From the human T2T-CHM13v2.0 reference genome, Homo sapiens, in assembly GCF_009914755.1 (NCBI RefSeq), contig NC_060925.1: 64,000 bases of DNA; one strand, given 5' to 3'. Below, piece after piece: positions 51,480 through 64,000 of the stretch. The number at the start of each line of letters is the position of its first letter. The first letter of the stretch is position 1. The notes under the pieces were generated by a model. That model searched no databases and was not told the DNA's origin. It saw nothing but the letters and a program-made list of their open reading frames with translations. Position numbers and translations under genes: made by a program.

Positions 51480-53130
51480 AAAAATTCATCATAATATTCT
51501 ATCTGTGTAATTTACCACATTAAAAGACAATTTGTTAATAATGTTAAAGTTCTGTTCTTTTTTTAAAAAATTCTTATTAATAGACTAGAACTTCCTTTAC
51601 TTGATTTATAGTAAATATAAGTCAATATCTGAAACTTGATACTCATTTCCTTTAATAATTTGATAAAGAAAAGAAACTCTCTCCCATTGCATGTCTTGGT
51701 AAACTTTTCAGAGGTCATAATCTGTAAGGACCTAAATGAAAAATTAGAATATTTATATTAATTGCAGAAAATATGACCATCCACTTATAAAATAAATCCA
51801 CAAATATAGTATAAGAACTTTTGAAAAATTCTGGACAATAAAAGCAACTCATAACATTCAATAGCATTACTCTACAATTGCAATAACCAAGATGGTAACA
51901 ATAACCAACTTGAAGATGCAATTCAGAAATAGGATACCTTTACAATGGCCACAAAAACTACAAAGTATATAAGAATATACCCCCCAGAAATACAAAATAT
52001 ATTTCTTGACAAAATTTTTGAATTCATATAAATGATGTACCTGATGTTCTAAATAAGTGGAAAGATATTTTAGCTACTAGATGAAACAACATAATATTAT
52101 GAGGATTTAAATTTTTCCCAAATTATTGTATTAGTTCAAAGAAAAAAATCTGTCTTCCAAATTGATTTTTTAAGGTACTAAATCAAGTTAATCTAAATTT
52201 ATATTGAATACAAAGAAATATTTTCAACCTGAAGAAAAAGCAAATTGAAAAGACGTGTTAGTATACATGACTAGTAAGCATAAAAACATTAGGTAATGAA
52301 AGGAAAAAATGGAGTGGAATGGATCTACTGTGGACATTAATATACAATAAATTCAGCATCAAAAATTAATAAAGAGAAATAAAGATAGATTCCTATGTAA
52401 CACTGCATATACAGGCAGGGTCCCGATGCATGGCTTTGAATTACTACAAAGTTAATAGAAGAAAATGTAGGAATCTATCTTTATAACCTAATTACAAATT
52501 AAAATAACCATGATGTGTAATTTTTTAGTGTTACATGAATAGAATAGTGGGTGATGCTCATGTTGAGTGATGGTGGGTGGGGGTAGGTGTATGCAAGAAT
52601 CCTCATGCACTCTTGCTGAGAATGTTGTGGAAAGCAACCTGGCACAACTTAGTGAAAACAAGTAGTCAATACTAAAAGACTCAATAATTCTGCTCCTGTG
52701 ATACATCAAATAAATGTCCTTTTACATTTCCATAACAGATTATGCCTGTGTGTATAATTTTGCAAAAATATATATTGTTTGAGCTGGTAGGAAACCAGAA
52801 GTGACTTGGAAAGTGAATAGGCAAAATATTGTGACTATACAATATAAGGTATTACAATAAATCTAGAGTAAACAGATTTAATGAACATATAACAAAGTTG
52901 ACTGGATCTCAAAAATATATTGCTTAGACAAAACGTACAGAATTATAAAAAATATTTATGTGAATAAAATAATGCACACCTACAAAAGTCACCCATTTTT
53001 GAAGATTCCATATCACATGTGTGAAATATTTAAAAACTAGTATACACATTAAATATATGGAAGTGGTTGTCTCAGTCGATGAATGTGAGAAGAAAGTGCT
53101 ACAGCAAAGAAAGTGATTGATAAATAAGAC
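51480..53130 (+). mobile_element. Very old L1M (L1ME-like) ORF2/3' relic
   Basis: tttacaatggccacaaaaactacaaagtatataagaatatac...aaataagtggaaagatat...tagaagaaaatgtaggaatctatctttataacct. Confidence 0.55.
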
Positions 53131-53744
53131 AAAGGCAGGACCTTAGACAGAATGAAGATAATTTACCAGTAACCGATGAACAAGATTAACTCAAACCTTT
53201 TTACGTCTGAGTGACTAATGAAAATCATAGTGAATAGCTCATTAAATCATATATAACATATGTGTGTCTAAATATGTATATATAGCTGTTATAAATGTAT
53301 ACCCATATGCATAAGAATTTCCTCGTTTTAAAGTTTTTTAATTGCATTCAGTAGAGTTTGTCTTAAAAATATCTTTGCAATATTAGTTTGATTGACACAT
53401 GCTGACTGGGTGCTGACATGCTGACTAGAATTTCCATGGAAAATTCTTTGTCTAATTTTGGTGTGGAAGTAGAATATTAATTTCTGGGCTTCTACGGAGT
53501 GTAACAATGCAATATTATCACTAGTTAAAAACATAAAAAGCACTCCCTTGCAAGTGTAACAGAGGTCTCTTGGTGACTTCTCCTTTGCTTTGTGAATTAC
53601 AGTGATCAGTATTCTAGATGGAATTTAATTTGAGTTCTGAAAATTGTCCTTGTGGATTCATTAATTGTAATAAAAATAATGAAAAGGTATAAGGATGTTT
53701 CACTAATAATGTTATAAGCCAATATTCTTTGGAATTGCTTTGAA

Positions 53745-53936
53745 AATCAAATTTTGGTATAATTTATATAAAATAAAGTCTTCTTATTTTAAGCCTACTG
53801 TAGAATTAGCTTTGATAAAGTCTATGTACTAGTAAACAATGTAACAACCAAGGCATAGAAAAATTTCATCACCCTAAAAAAAAAAAGTTCCATCAAGGCC
53901 ATTTGCAATTAGTTTTTCTGACACCATTCCCTAAGC
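53745..53936 (-). mobile_element. L1ME-type 3'UTR fragment
   Basis: ggtataatttatataaaataaa...ctttgataaagt...aaccaaggcatagaaaaatttcatcaccctaaaaa...gttcc. Confidence 0.55.
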
Positions 53937-53977
53937 AAAAATAAATACAAAAACAAAAAACAAAACAAAAATAAACA

Positions 53978-56808
53978 CCTGTCACAGACCAGAGGAAACT
54001 AAAAAGACATGAATACATGAGGACTAAATTCAATATGAAATCCCTAATGAAGCCTGGAAGAAAAAGGACATTATTGTAAACTTTGGTGAAATTCTTACAG
54101 TATCTGTTATTTAGTTAATAGTAATGTACCAGTGTGAATTTCTCAGTTTTCATTAATGCACCCTAGTTATGTAAGCTGAATGAAGGGTATATCTTTAAAA
54201 AAAAACAACTTTTCATTTCATTGGTTTTTTATAGTATTTTAGAATCTATTTCATTTACCATTTATTTCTGCTTTGATCTTTATTATTTCTTTTATTTTAC
54301 TAATTTGGGGTTTGGTTTGTTCTTCCTTTTCTAGTTCCTTAAGGTTCATAATTTTGTTGTTTATTTGAAATCTTTGTACCCTTTAATTAAAAAATAAAGG
54401 TATATACTTTCCTCCTGATGTTTCTAAAATTTTCTCTTTGTCTTTGATTTTTGACAGCTTTACTATAATGTTCCTCAGAAAAGACCTTTTTGAGTTGAAT
54501 CTATTTGGGTCATTTAAGTTTCTTGTCTCTGGTCACCTATATCTCTTGCAAGACTTGGGAAGTTTTCAACTCTTATTTTATTAAATAAGTTTTGTTCATT
54601 CCTTTTCATCTTTTTCATTATTTTTTTTTTCTGTCTGACTAGGTTCTTTCGATAAAACCTATCTTCAAGTTCAAAAATTTTCTTCAGCTTGATCTAGTTT
54701 ATTGTTGAAATTCTTCATTATATTTTTTTACTGAATTCTTTAATTCTATAATTTCTGTTTGTTTTTACAAATCTGTCAAATTTCTCATACCGTTTATTAG
54801 TTGTTTTTCTAATTTTTATATTATTTATCTTTGCTGTTTTCTATTATATTGAGCTTCTTTAATATTACTTTGCATTCTTCTTTGGGCATTTCATCAATTT
54901 CTTTTTTGCATATTCTGTTGCTAGAGAATTATTGTGTTCCTTTGGAGATGTCGTGCTTACTTGCCTTTTCACGTATTTCATGTCTTTAGGTTCATATCTG
55001 CACATCTGTTGTAGCAGTCACTTTTTTCTAATTTTATGGATTGGCTTTCACAGGAAAAGAATTTTTCCTACAGGAGTATCTATACTGTTGGTTGGGGGGG
55101 TGCTTTGGCTTTGAATTGGGGTGGGGACAGTAATGTAGTCTCTGTATGATTTCTTCATTTATCATGAACGTCAGTGGTGTCTGTGAGTTTCTCAGTGGCT
55201 TAGGCTGTGGTTGTTAGTGGAGGCTATATTAAGGCTTTGCTGGGGATAGAGAAGTCAGGTATCCTGGTCCTCAGGCACCAATGGTGGCAGTGGAAGACCA
55301 GGTGTGCCAATCTTTTGGCCTCCATGTGACTTGCTCGGGTTCCAGCAGTGGTAGCATTTTTCTGGGTGGGTGGGCAAAATCTTGGGGCCCTGATTGGCAC
55401 ACATAGCATCAGTGATGGTAGTAGCAGTGGTAGGCCAATCCTGGAAGTACTGTATGGCACACACAAGCGCCAGTAGTAGTAGCAGCAGCACGCTGGATGG
55501 GACAGTCCTTAGGCCCCCAAATGACACATGAGTTTGTGTGCAGTCAGTGGTCGTGGTGGCAGGCTTGGTGGGCTCATCTTCAGGTTCCTGATCTTCAGGC
55601 TCTTGATGCTCTCAGTTACTGGGAGGGGCTGCAGTGGGTGGGGTCACACTGACCTCAGGCCCCTAGATGATGTGTGTGGGCATTCATATAGCCAGCATGA
55701 TGGGCCAATTCCAAGGCCTCTGAATAGCATGAGTAGGTTTGCTTGGTAGGGTTACAGGCAGCACATACATATCCTTAGGCTCCTCAATGACGTTTGCTAG
55801 CACCTGCTGTGGCATGCACAGAAGGTTAACCCTCAGGACTCCTGATGGGGTGCTTGGGCACCAGCAGCAGTGGTGGTGAGAGAGGTAGGCTCATCCTTAG
55901 GTCCCAAGAAAGCATTCAGGCAGGCTGTTTCCTTCATCCCTTGAAGGCTCTTGCAGGTATGCTAAACTCCTTATGGTAAGTCAATGCTGAGTTGTTCTCA
56001 GCGGGTCAAGAGTGGCTGCAGGTCAAGAAGGCAATTCTGAGGCTCTGGTGGATACATGCTTCAGATCTCTTTGTCCTGGGAGTAGCTTCCCTCGTGGACT
56101 ACAATGGCCACTTCCTGGGGTGTAGAAAACTGTGTGTGCTAGAGTGCTGAAAACTCAGCCACACCACTGAGACCCAACATTGTGACACTACAGCTTTCTG
56201 GGTGGATGTTGGGAGATGTGAGCAAGGCTCCAGGAATACGAAGATGCGGGGGTTGTTTAGCTCCAGGTCAGGATATAGTCTGGTGTTTCTGGGCTATCAA
56301 AATTGTGCCATGCTGTAGCAACTTGGGTCTCAGCATGTGTGTGGTAACCAGTGTGAACATCCTTTCTGAAACAATGTCGTCCTGTGAACTCCAAGAAGTT
56401 TTCTATAGCAGTCTCAGGACTCACAAGGGCTGAAGGGTTTTGACCAGGATTTCAGGCACATGTAGTGTGAATGTGAACTGCTGAGGATCTCTCAGGTACA
56501 TTTACCCTGTGCTGAGGAGTTTCTTCTGGCTCCGAGCTGATTCTGGCCAGGATAGTAGCTGCTTCTCTCCCCTCTTCTTCCATGGCTTAGGAGTTCCCTG
56601 TCACTTCCCTGCTGAATACTGGTTTTCTCTTGAATGCTCTATTCAGTGTGTAGTTATGAACTCCCGGTTTTGGTCCTTCTTCGTGGAGGAGGCAGGTGTC
56701 TTTGGTTTCCCCTAGTCAGCCAGCCAATCCTGAAGCCCTTTCCCATATTCTGTAATATCTTTCCAACTCTTTTTTTAAATCAAAAATTATTTCAAAATAA
56801 AAAGTAAA
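53978..56808 (+). mobile_element. L1MC4/5-like 3'UTR, split into 53978-54191 and ~56745-56808
   Basis: cagaccagaggaaactaaaaagacatg...aaaaaggacattattgtaaac...agttaatagtaatgtaccagtgtgaatttc...gaagggtata | ctgtaatatctttccaactct...aaaattatttcaaaataaaaagt. Confidence 0.7.
54192..56740 (-). mobile_element. L1MA-type 5' portion (5'UTR, ORF1, internally deleted, short ORF2 piece) without 3' end
   Basis: 55190-55300 is the reverse complement of the same UTR motif seen at 41770-41880 (cagcaaagcct...cagcctaagcc...aactcac). 5' terminus near ctagtcagcc at 56712-56721. Confidence 0.75.
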
Positions 56809-56831
56809 ACCAATATGCTTAAGAGAAGTTT

Positions 56832-57123
56832 AGCTGGGTGTGGTGGCTCACGCCTGTAATGCCAGAACTTTGGGAGGCCAAGGCAGGCAGATCACAAGGT
56901 CAGGAGATCGAGACCATCCTGGCTAACAGGGTGAAACCCAGTCTTTACTAAAAATACAAAATATTAGCCGGGTATGGTGGCGGGCACCCGTAGTCCCAGC
57001 TACTCAGGAGGCTGAGGCAGGAGAATGGGGTGAACCCAGGAGGTGGAGCTTGCAGTGAGCTGAGATCCCACCATTGCACTCCATCCTGGGTGATAGAGTG
57101 ACACTGTGCATCAAAAAAAAAAA
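56832..57123 (+). mobile_element. AluY SINE (CpG-decayed)
   Basis: gagatcgagaccatcctggctaac...gagaatgg.gtgaacccaggagg.ggagcttgcagtgag. TSD aagagaagttt / aaaagaagttt. Confidence 0.92.
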
Positions 57124-58104
57124 AAAAGAAGTTTATTAATTTTCTAATGCAAAGTAAATATAACATATTAATAATTCAAAAACATTGATAATTACTAAAA
57201 ATAAAAATGGTTTCTCATTTTTTTTATTTCTGGACACCATATTGTTTTTGTCACATAAAGAAAAAAATGTAATAAAGTAAATTACTAATTAATTACATGA
57301 ATTTTTCAAGTATTTACTATCACTGTTTTCTATAGAGCTAATATGTTAAAAGTATAGCTTACTCTGAAAATGAATTAATATTTTTACTATAAGTTACAGA
57401 GTAATACACTGATTTTTGCATAATATCTTGTCAAAATCATCACCTCAAAAGCTCAGTTTTATCTTTATCTACTCCTGTAGAGTGGAGGCTACCTTGGCAT
57501 GAAAGAAAGAAAGAAACAACTGCATATTCTGCATCTCAATAAATTAAAACTTTATATAAGTCTCAAACTTTTTGCTTGGCGCCTTTTGAAGCTAAGTGAT
57601 GTCTTTTTGTTGTTCCAAAAAGATTTTATTAAAAGACATTTTCTAAATAGCTGACTGGCACATTTATTAAATTACTTGTATTTAGGGATACAAGTAATAC
57701 ATACTAATTTTGGAAAACACAGTAACTAAAGAGAAAAAATGAAAAGCATTCATAACTGCAATATAAAGATAAACATGCATCTTAGCATATATACTTTAAG
57801 ACTGCTAATATATATTTAATAGATAAAAATACCAGACACAATGAAGCACAAATAAATTTGCACACTACTTTGTGACTTGTTTTTTTCATTTAAAATACAC
57901 AATGAGACTTTATTTAAATAGTTGAAACATTTCTGCTAACCAAGAAGGATTTGTTGATTTGGTCAGAATGCAATATTCAAGTTGAAGCTGACAACACTAT
58001 AAGTTTTAAAGCAGTTGAATTAACAAAAATACATCAAGAAAAGGCAAAAAGACAGAAAGCAGGATTGAGAAGTATTAACTTCAGAGAAAACTTAAATTTG
58101 AGTT

Positions 58105-61100
58105 TTCTATTTCTTTTTTTTTTTTTTTTTACTTTTTTGACAACTTTTTTTCTTTACTTTTATTTTAGGTTAAAGGAGTATATGTGCAGGTTTGTTACCT
58201 GGATAAATTGTGTGTTGCTGAGGCTTAGTGTACAAATAATCCCGTCATCTAGGTGGTGGGTATAGAACCCCATGGGTAGCATTCCAACCCATGTTCCCCT
58301 CCCACCTACACTGCAAGCAGTCTATAATTCCTTTTGATCCTGTATTTAATGTTTAGCTCCCACTTACAAGTGAGAACATGCAGTATTTTGTTTTCTGTTC
58401 CTGCATTAGTTAACTTAGGAAAATCGCCTCCAACTCCATCCATATTGTTGCAAAGGACATGATTGTGTTCTTTTTTATGGCTGTGTAGTATTCCATGGTA
58501 TATATGTACCACATTTTCTTTGTCAAGTCCACCACTGATAGGCATCTAGGTTGATTTCATGTCTTTGCTCTTATGAATAGTGCTGTGATAAACATGTGTA
58601 TGCATGTGTTTTATTGGTGGAACAATTTATTTTCCTTTGAGTATATACCCAGTAGTGGGATTACTGGATTAAATAGTAGTTCTGTTTAAGTTCTTTGAGA
58701 AATCTTCAGACTGCTTTTCACAGTGGCTGAACCAACTTACATTCCCACCAGAAGTGTTTAAGTGTTCCCTTTTCTCCACAGTCTCACCAGCATCTATTGT
58801 TTCTTGACATTTTCATAGTAGCCATTCTAACTGGTGTGAGATGGTATCTTACTGTGGTTTTCATATATATTTATCTAATGATTACTGATGATGAGCATTT
58901 TTTTCATGTTTGTTGGCTGCATGTATGTCTTCTCTTGAGAAGTGTCTGTGCATGTCTTTTGCTCATTTTTAAATGGGGTTACTTGTTTTATGTTTGCTTA
59001 ATTGTTTAAATTACTTATAGATCCTGGTTATTAGACCTTTTTTGGATGCATAGTTGGTAAATATTTTCTCCCATTCTGTAGATTGTCTGCTTACTCTATT
59101 GGTAGTTTATTTTGCTATGCAAAAGTTCTTGCTTTATGGCTAAGCATGTGGTCAATCTTAGAGTATGTGCCATGTGCTAATGAGAAGGATGTATATTCTG
59201 TGGTTGTTGTGGGGAGTGTTCTGTAGATAGCTATTAGGTCCAATTGGTCAAGGGTCAAGTTTAAGTCTAGAATATCTTTATTAGTTTTCAGCCTCTATTA
59301 TCTGTATAACTCTTTCAGTGGGGTGTTCAGGTCACTCCCTATGATTGTGTGGTTGTGCAATTCTCTTTACATAATTCTAAGAACTTGTTTTAAGAACATG
59401 GGTGCTGCCATGTTGGGTGTATGTATATTTAGGATAATTAGGGCTTCTTGTGGGATTGAAACATTTATCATTATGTAATGCTCTTCTTTGTGTTTTCATC
59501 ATTGTTGTTTTAAAATTTGTTTTATCTAATATAAAAATAGCAACCCCTGCTCTCTTTTTAAATTTCCATTTGTGTGGTAGATTGTTCTCCAACCCTTTAC
59601 TTTGAGCCCATGGGTGTTGTTACTTGTGAGATGGGTCTCTTGAAGACTACAGACAGTTTTATTTTGCTCCTTTATTCCACTTTCTACTCAAAGCCTTTTA
59701 CGTGGGACATTTAGCCCATTTATATTCATGGTCAATACTGATATGTGAGAATTTGATTCTGTCATCATGTCATTAGCTGGTTGTTATGTAGACTTGATTG
59801 TGTAGTTGCTTTATTGTGTCAACAGTCTTTGTACATAATTGTGTCTTTGTGGTGGCATGCATTGTTCTTTCATTTTCATGCTTTGCATTCCCTTTAAGCC
59901 ATCTTGTAAGGCTGGTCTAGTGGTAACAAATTTCCTTGGCATTTGCTTGTTTGAAAAAAAAATTTCTCCTTTGCTTATGAAGTTTAGTTTGGCGGAATAT
60001 GAATTTGTTATTTGCAATTTCTTTTAATCATATTAAAAATGGGCTTCCAATTATTTTGGCTTGTAAGATTTCTGCTGTAAGGTCTGCTGTTAAACTGATG
60101 GGGTTCCCTTTGTGAGTAACCTGCCCATCTTCTCTAGCTGTGTTTAAGGCTTTTTTTTTCTCACATTCACCTTAGAGTCTTAGAGAGTTTGATGACCATG
60201 TGGCTTGGGGATGGTTGTTTTGCGTAGTATCTCACAGGAGTTCTTTAAATTTCTTGAATGTGCATGTAGACCTCTCTTGAGAGCTTGGGGAAAATATTGT
60301 GTACTATATTCTCAAATATATTTTCCAAGTTGCTTGCTCTCTTTTTTTCTCTTCCATGAAAACCAAGGAGTCATAGGTTTGCTCTTTTCACATAATCTCT
60401 TATTTTTGAAGGTTTTGTTCATTTTGATAAGTTCTTATTTCTTTATTTTTGTCTGCCTATGTTGCTTCAAATGAGTAGTCTTTAAGCTCTGAGATTCTAT
60501 TCTTGGCTTGAGCTATTGTTCTGCTGATAAAGCTGACAATTGTATTTTGAAAGTCTTGTAGTGAATTATTTATTTTCAGAAGTTCAGTTTGGTTCTTTCA
60601 TAAAATGCTTACATTGTCTTTCAACTCTTGGATCATTTTACTGTTTTCCTTGGTTTGGGTTTCAGCTGTCTTCTGTATGTTGATGAGCTTCTTTCCCATC
60701 ATATTCCGAATTTTATGTCTGACATTTTGGCCATTTCAGTCTGGTTAAGAACCATTGCTAAGGAGCTAGTGTGATTGCTTGGAGGTAAGAAGACATGCTT
60801 TACTTTTAGAGTTACCAAAATTATTGAACTGGTTATTTCTCATCTGTGAAGTCTAATGTTCTCTTATCCTTTGATATTTCTGTCCTTTGAGAGAGTTTGT
60901 TTTTTTTTTTTTCATGTACTTCATTGCCCTTGAGGACTGTGGTGCCAGTGGATATAGTTGACGGGCTTGATTTCCATATGCTTTCCAAGGGCCAGGATTA
61001 TCTCCTCACTCCGGCACTTTGTGCTCTAATCATGGCTGCCTGGGACTGGGTGTGAGCTTGGTCTTCAGGTCTTTTGATGTTGAGCCTTGGCTGGGCTGGA

Positions 61101-62153
61101 GTAGCTGAGGTACTCTCAGACTGCTGGCAACAGCACTTCATCATGGGCCTCATGGGCACCATGGGCAAATGCACTCCAGTGGCAGCTACAGCTGGGTCAC
61201 ATGCAAACATGCCCAGGGAACTCACTCTGGTGCGGGTGGTGGTAGGATTATAGGCTAATATGCTCTGGTGGTGGGCTGTCAGTCAAATCACTCTGGTGAA
61301 GGTGGCAGAGGCACTGTGTGCAGAAAGCACTCCAATGAGTACAGAAAGGCACTGCAGGTGTGCAATGCTCTTACAGGGGAGGCTATGGTACTGCAAGCAA
61401 ACATGCTGCAGAGGAGAGGTGACAGGGTTTTGGGTGAATGCTCTTTAGCAGGAGGGTGTCAGCAAAAGCACTCTGGTGGGGCAGCAGTGGCCTCTGTTGA
61501 AAATGCTATGGCAGTGTTTGCTGGCAAACATATTTCTGTGAGGTAGCTGAGGCTGCACTGTTTGCTGGCACAGCCAAGGATGGACTCTGTGAGGAGCTGG
61601 TAGTCAGGGGGACATAAATCTGACTCTCCCTGGTCCCATGGGAAAGATAGCCCTGCTTTCTCCAGGTCCAGCAGACCATACAGGTCAGTACCGCCTAGAG
61701 GGTTACAGAGAGCCCTGGAGAATAGGCACCTATGGCCAAATACAACTGCAGAATACCCATGCCAGACCACCTGGGGTCCCTGCAGATTCAAGTTCTTTCT
61801 CTGCCTACTCTCTGGACAGTTCCCCCTGCCCATGTAAATGTCCTTGGAGCTTGTAAGTTTTCTTGCAGATACGATCTCAGAGGTCTATGGTGAGAGTAGG
61901 CCACTCTGCGTTAACTCCATTCATCCATTCTTTAGAAGTCATTCAGGGGTGGAACACATCCTGGTTCTCAACAACCCTGCAAAGGGTTCCTATCTTCCTC
62001 CCCATTCATCCCTGACATCTGAATCATCTCTCTATCCACTCATAATGAGTTCTCACAGGTGGACTGTTTGGATTATGCTGATCTACTCGTTATTCTGGCT
62101 TGTCTCAGCTGAAGACATTCTTCCTGGCTGTGACTAGTTGGCCATTTTGTCCC
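58105..62153 (-). mobile_element. L1PA15/16-like LINE with 3'UTR, ORF2 C-terminus, large internal ORF2 deletion at ~59130, EN domain, ORF1 and 5'UTR
   Basis: T-tract; tatgtgcaggtttgttacctggataaattgtgtgttgctgagg (3'UTR). EN peptide KRAGVAIFILDKTNFK (59377-59592). ORF1 peptide AKLNFISKGEI...FVTTRPALQ (59811-60017). 5' end gactagttggccattttg. Confidence 0.88.
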
Positions 62154-63814
62154 AATTTTCCATAAAGTCTTTTATGTTATGTGTAGTTTTCCTTGTGCAT
62201 TAACTAATAACATCACACATCAAATTTGAGAAACAGGGAAAACAGGTATAGCTTTATCTCATCCATGAGAATAACATTGCATCAATAAAGTGTTAATGTC
62301 TTATCAACAAAATCAATGTCATGCATGAATAATATGGCACTACTAGTTTCCACAAAAGATCAAGACTTAAAGAAAAAATTATTGGAACTTAGCAAAGTAA
62401 AAGAAAAAAATAAAACATTACTTCTAAGGACTCTTGAGAGACACCATTTAAAATGTGATTATTTGGTAATCTGGGTGGAATATTTTACCATTTATTATAA
62501 AGGCCATATATTTATTTCAAGATGTATTAATAACTTCATATCAGACCATTAAGGATACATTTAAATTCATACCAAATGTCAAAGCTAAAATTGTAAACAT
62601 CATCCATCTAATTTCTGAGGATCATGTTGAAATTAATCTGCATGCTTAGCAAAAATAGATTAATTTATATTATTTTTTTTATTTTGGAACTGATACATTA
62701 TATCATTTGCCATTACATTAATGTCAAAAATTTTGTGTAATATGTGTAATGCACTTTTTTTCTGTTATCTGTGTCTTTGTTGACATTTTTTAACCTTCAG
62801 ATTATAAAACACGAGTCTGATCAGGAAAACATAAAAATGTGTTTGAAATAAATGATTTTGAAATACTTTTTAAAAATAACTAACATTTTACATTTAACTC
62901 AGTTCAATTTTTCTTACTGGTTGCATGTTTGACTTGAAATACTACATGAAATATACTAAGCACAATGAATCATTAAGACATAATGTGACAACTAGGGATC
63001 TAACATAGATTTTCTATCTTATTAATGAATGAAAAATACCAAAATTTGCTATAATAATCTATCAAACCAAAAAATTCTTAATTTATTATCTAAAGGTTCA
63101 TATGCTTGAACATCTTACTTATTGTATGTATTATATTATGAAGAGTATAACATAATGACATTATTTGTTGTATTTTAGATTGACAACTCTATATTTTACA
63201 ATCTTTTCTAAATGTCAAGTATAATCACAAAGTGCTAAGAAATAGCATATTTGCTGTTAAATAGAGCTATATGTCAAGCATTTGTAAGAAAGTTTTATTT
63301 GGGATGATGAACGTGGTCAGGATTCTTAATCCAAATTCATGATCAATTTCCCAGGGCTACAACAGATCTTACTAAGCACTGAAGATACATCAGCTACACA
63401 GCACTTTTATTGCTAGGAATATCTTTGACTCCAAATCTCTAGAGTTACCTTCTTTAGTGACTTGGCTGGGCCACATTTCATGTGATAGTTGGTCTTCCAC
63501 ATATAAACTATGAGATTGTATGGCAATAATAGATAATGAGGGGAAAAAAATCTCCCAGAGGATAGAGCCAGAGATCACAGTGGACAATGGACAAAGGTGT
63601 TTCTCTTCTGGCTAACAGCATAACCAGGGCTGAATTCGAAGGCCCTTTAGGTCACATTGTCTCCTATAATTTCATATTTACTATTGAGCAGTGTGTCTCC
63701 CATTTTCTTCATGTCCTCTATAGCCCAGCTTATACACACCCTTTTTGTGAGCTCAGACCAGCTTTTTGAATTAGGCATTTCTAGGCTGTATTAATCACTG
63801 GTAGATACATGCCC

Positions 63815-63930
63815 CAAGGTACATTGCATAAGCTCTCTGAGACTCAGTTTCCTTATATAAAAAATGGAAGTGACAACTCTCCAGATTGTAAAGCAGAGAG
63901 GAAAATCTATGGACTTAAAAACATACCTGC
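63815..63930 (+). mobile_element. MIR relic
   Basis: ctctctgagactcagtttccttatataaaaaatggaagtgacaac (MIR core). Confidence 0.65.
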
Positions 63931-63939
63931 TATCTGGCT

Positions 63940-64000
63940 TGTCATAGTTTGTTCTTACTGCTGTAACAACATACCTTAGATTGCGTAACTTTAAGTAATT
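63940..64000 (-). mobile_element. Start of an MST/MLT1A-type MaLR LTR (runs off the window)
   Basis: tgtcatagtttgttcttactgctgtaacaacataccttagattgcgtaact, similar to 37925-37980. Confidence 0.7.

Noticed and set aside
63300-63780. Moderately complex stretch that might be an LTR or exon
   Set aside because: I could not match it to a repeat consensus or find convincing splice or coding signals, so it is left unannotated.

Overview
Primate (very probably human, given a near-perfect AluYa5-type insertion) AT-rich, repeat-dense genomic DNA typical of a gene desert or a large intron. I find no credible cellular protein-coding gene, rRNA, tRNA or CRISPR array. The ORF track is explained by L1 ORF1/ORF2 remnants, Alu, LTR and chance frames. 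Most of the window is interspersed repeats: old L1M, L1MA/MB/MC, L1PB and L1PA LINEs; about 12 Alus; MaLR/ERVL solo LTRs (MLT1, MST, THE1, LTR41-like); DNA transposons (MER2/MER2B, MER117, MER58A, Charlie1, Tigger2/MER8); and L2/MIR relics. The notable points are retrotransposition mechanics readable from the sequence: (1) an L1PA3/4 insertion combining a twin-primed 5' inversion, a 3' transduction with its own AATAAA and a 19-bp TSD; (2) two more twin-primed L1s; (3) a four-level nested insertion at 7.3-15.6 kb; (4) an apparent internal inversion in an L1MA 5'UTR; (5) about 500 bp of foreign genomic DNA splitting an L1MC; (6) a young AluYa5-like element with a perfect 18-bp TSD. I see no evidence for a novel biological system beyond these. 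Subfamily names come from recalled consensus motifs, and boundaries of old elements are approximate (tens of bp); both need RepeatMasker/Dfam confirmation.
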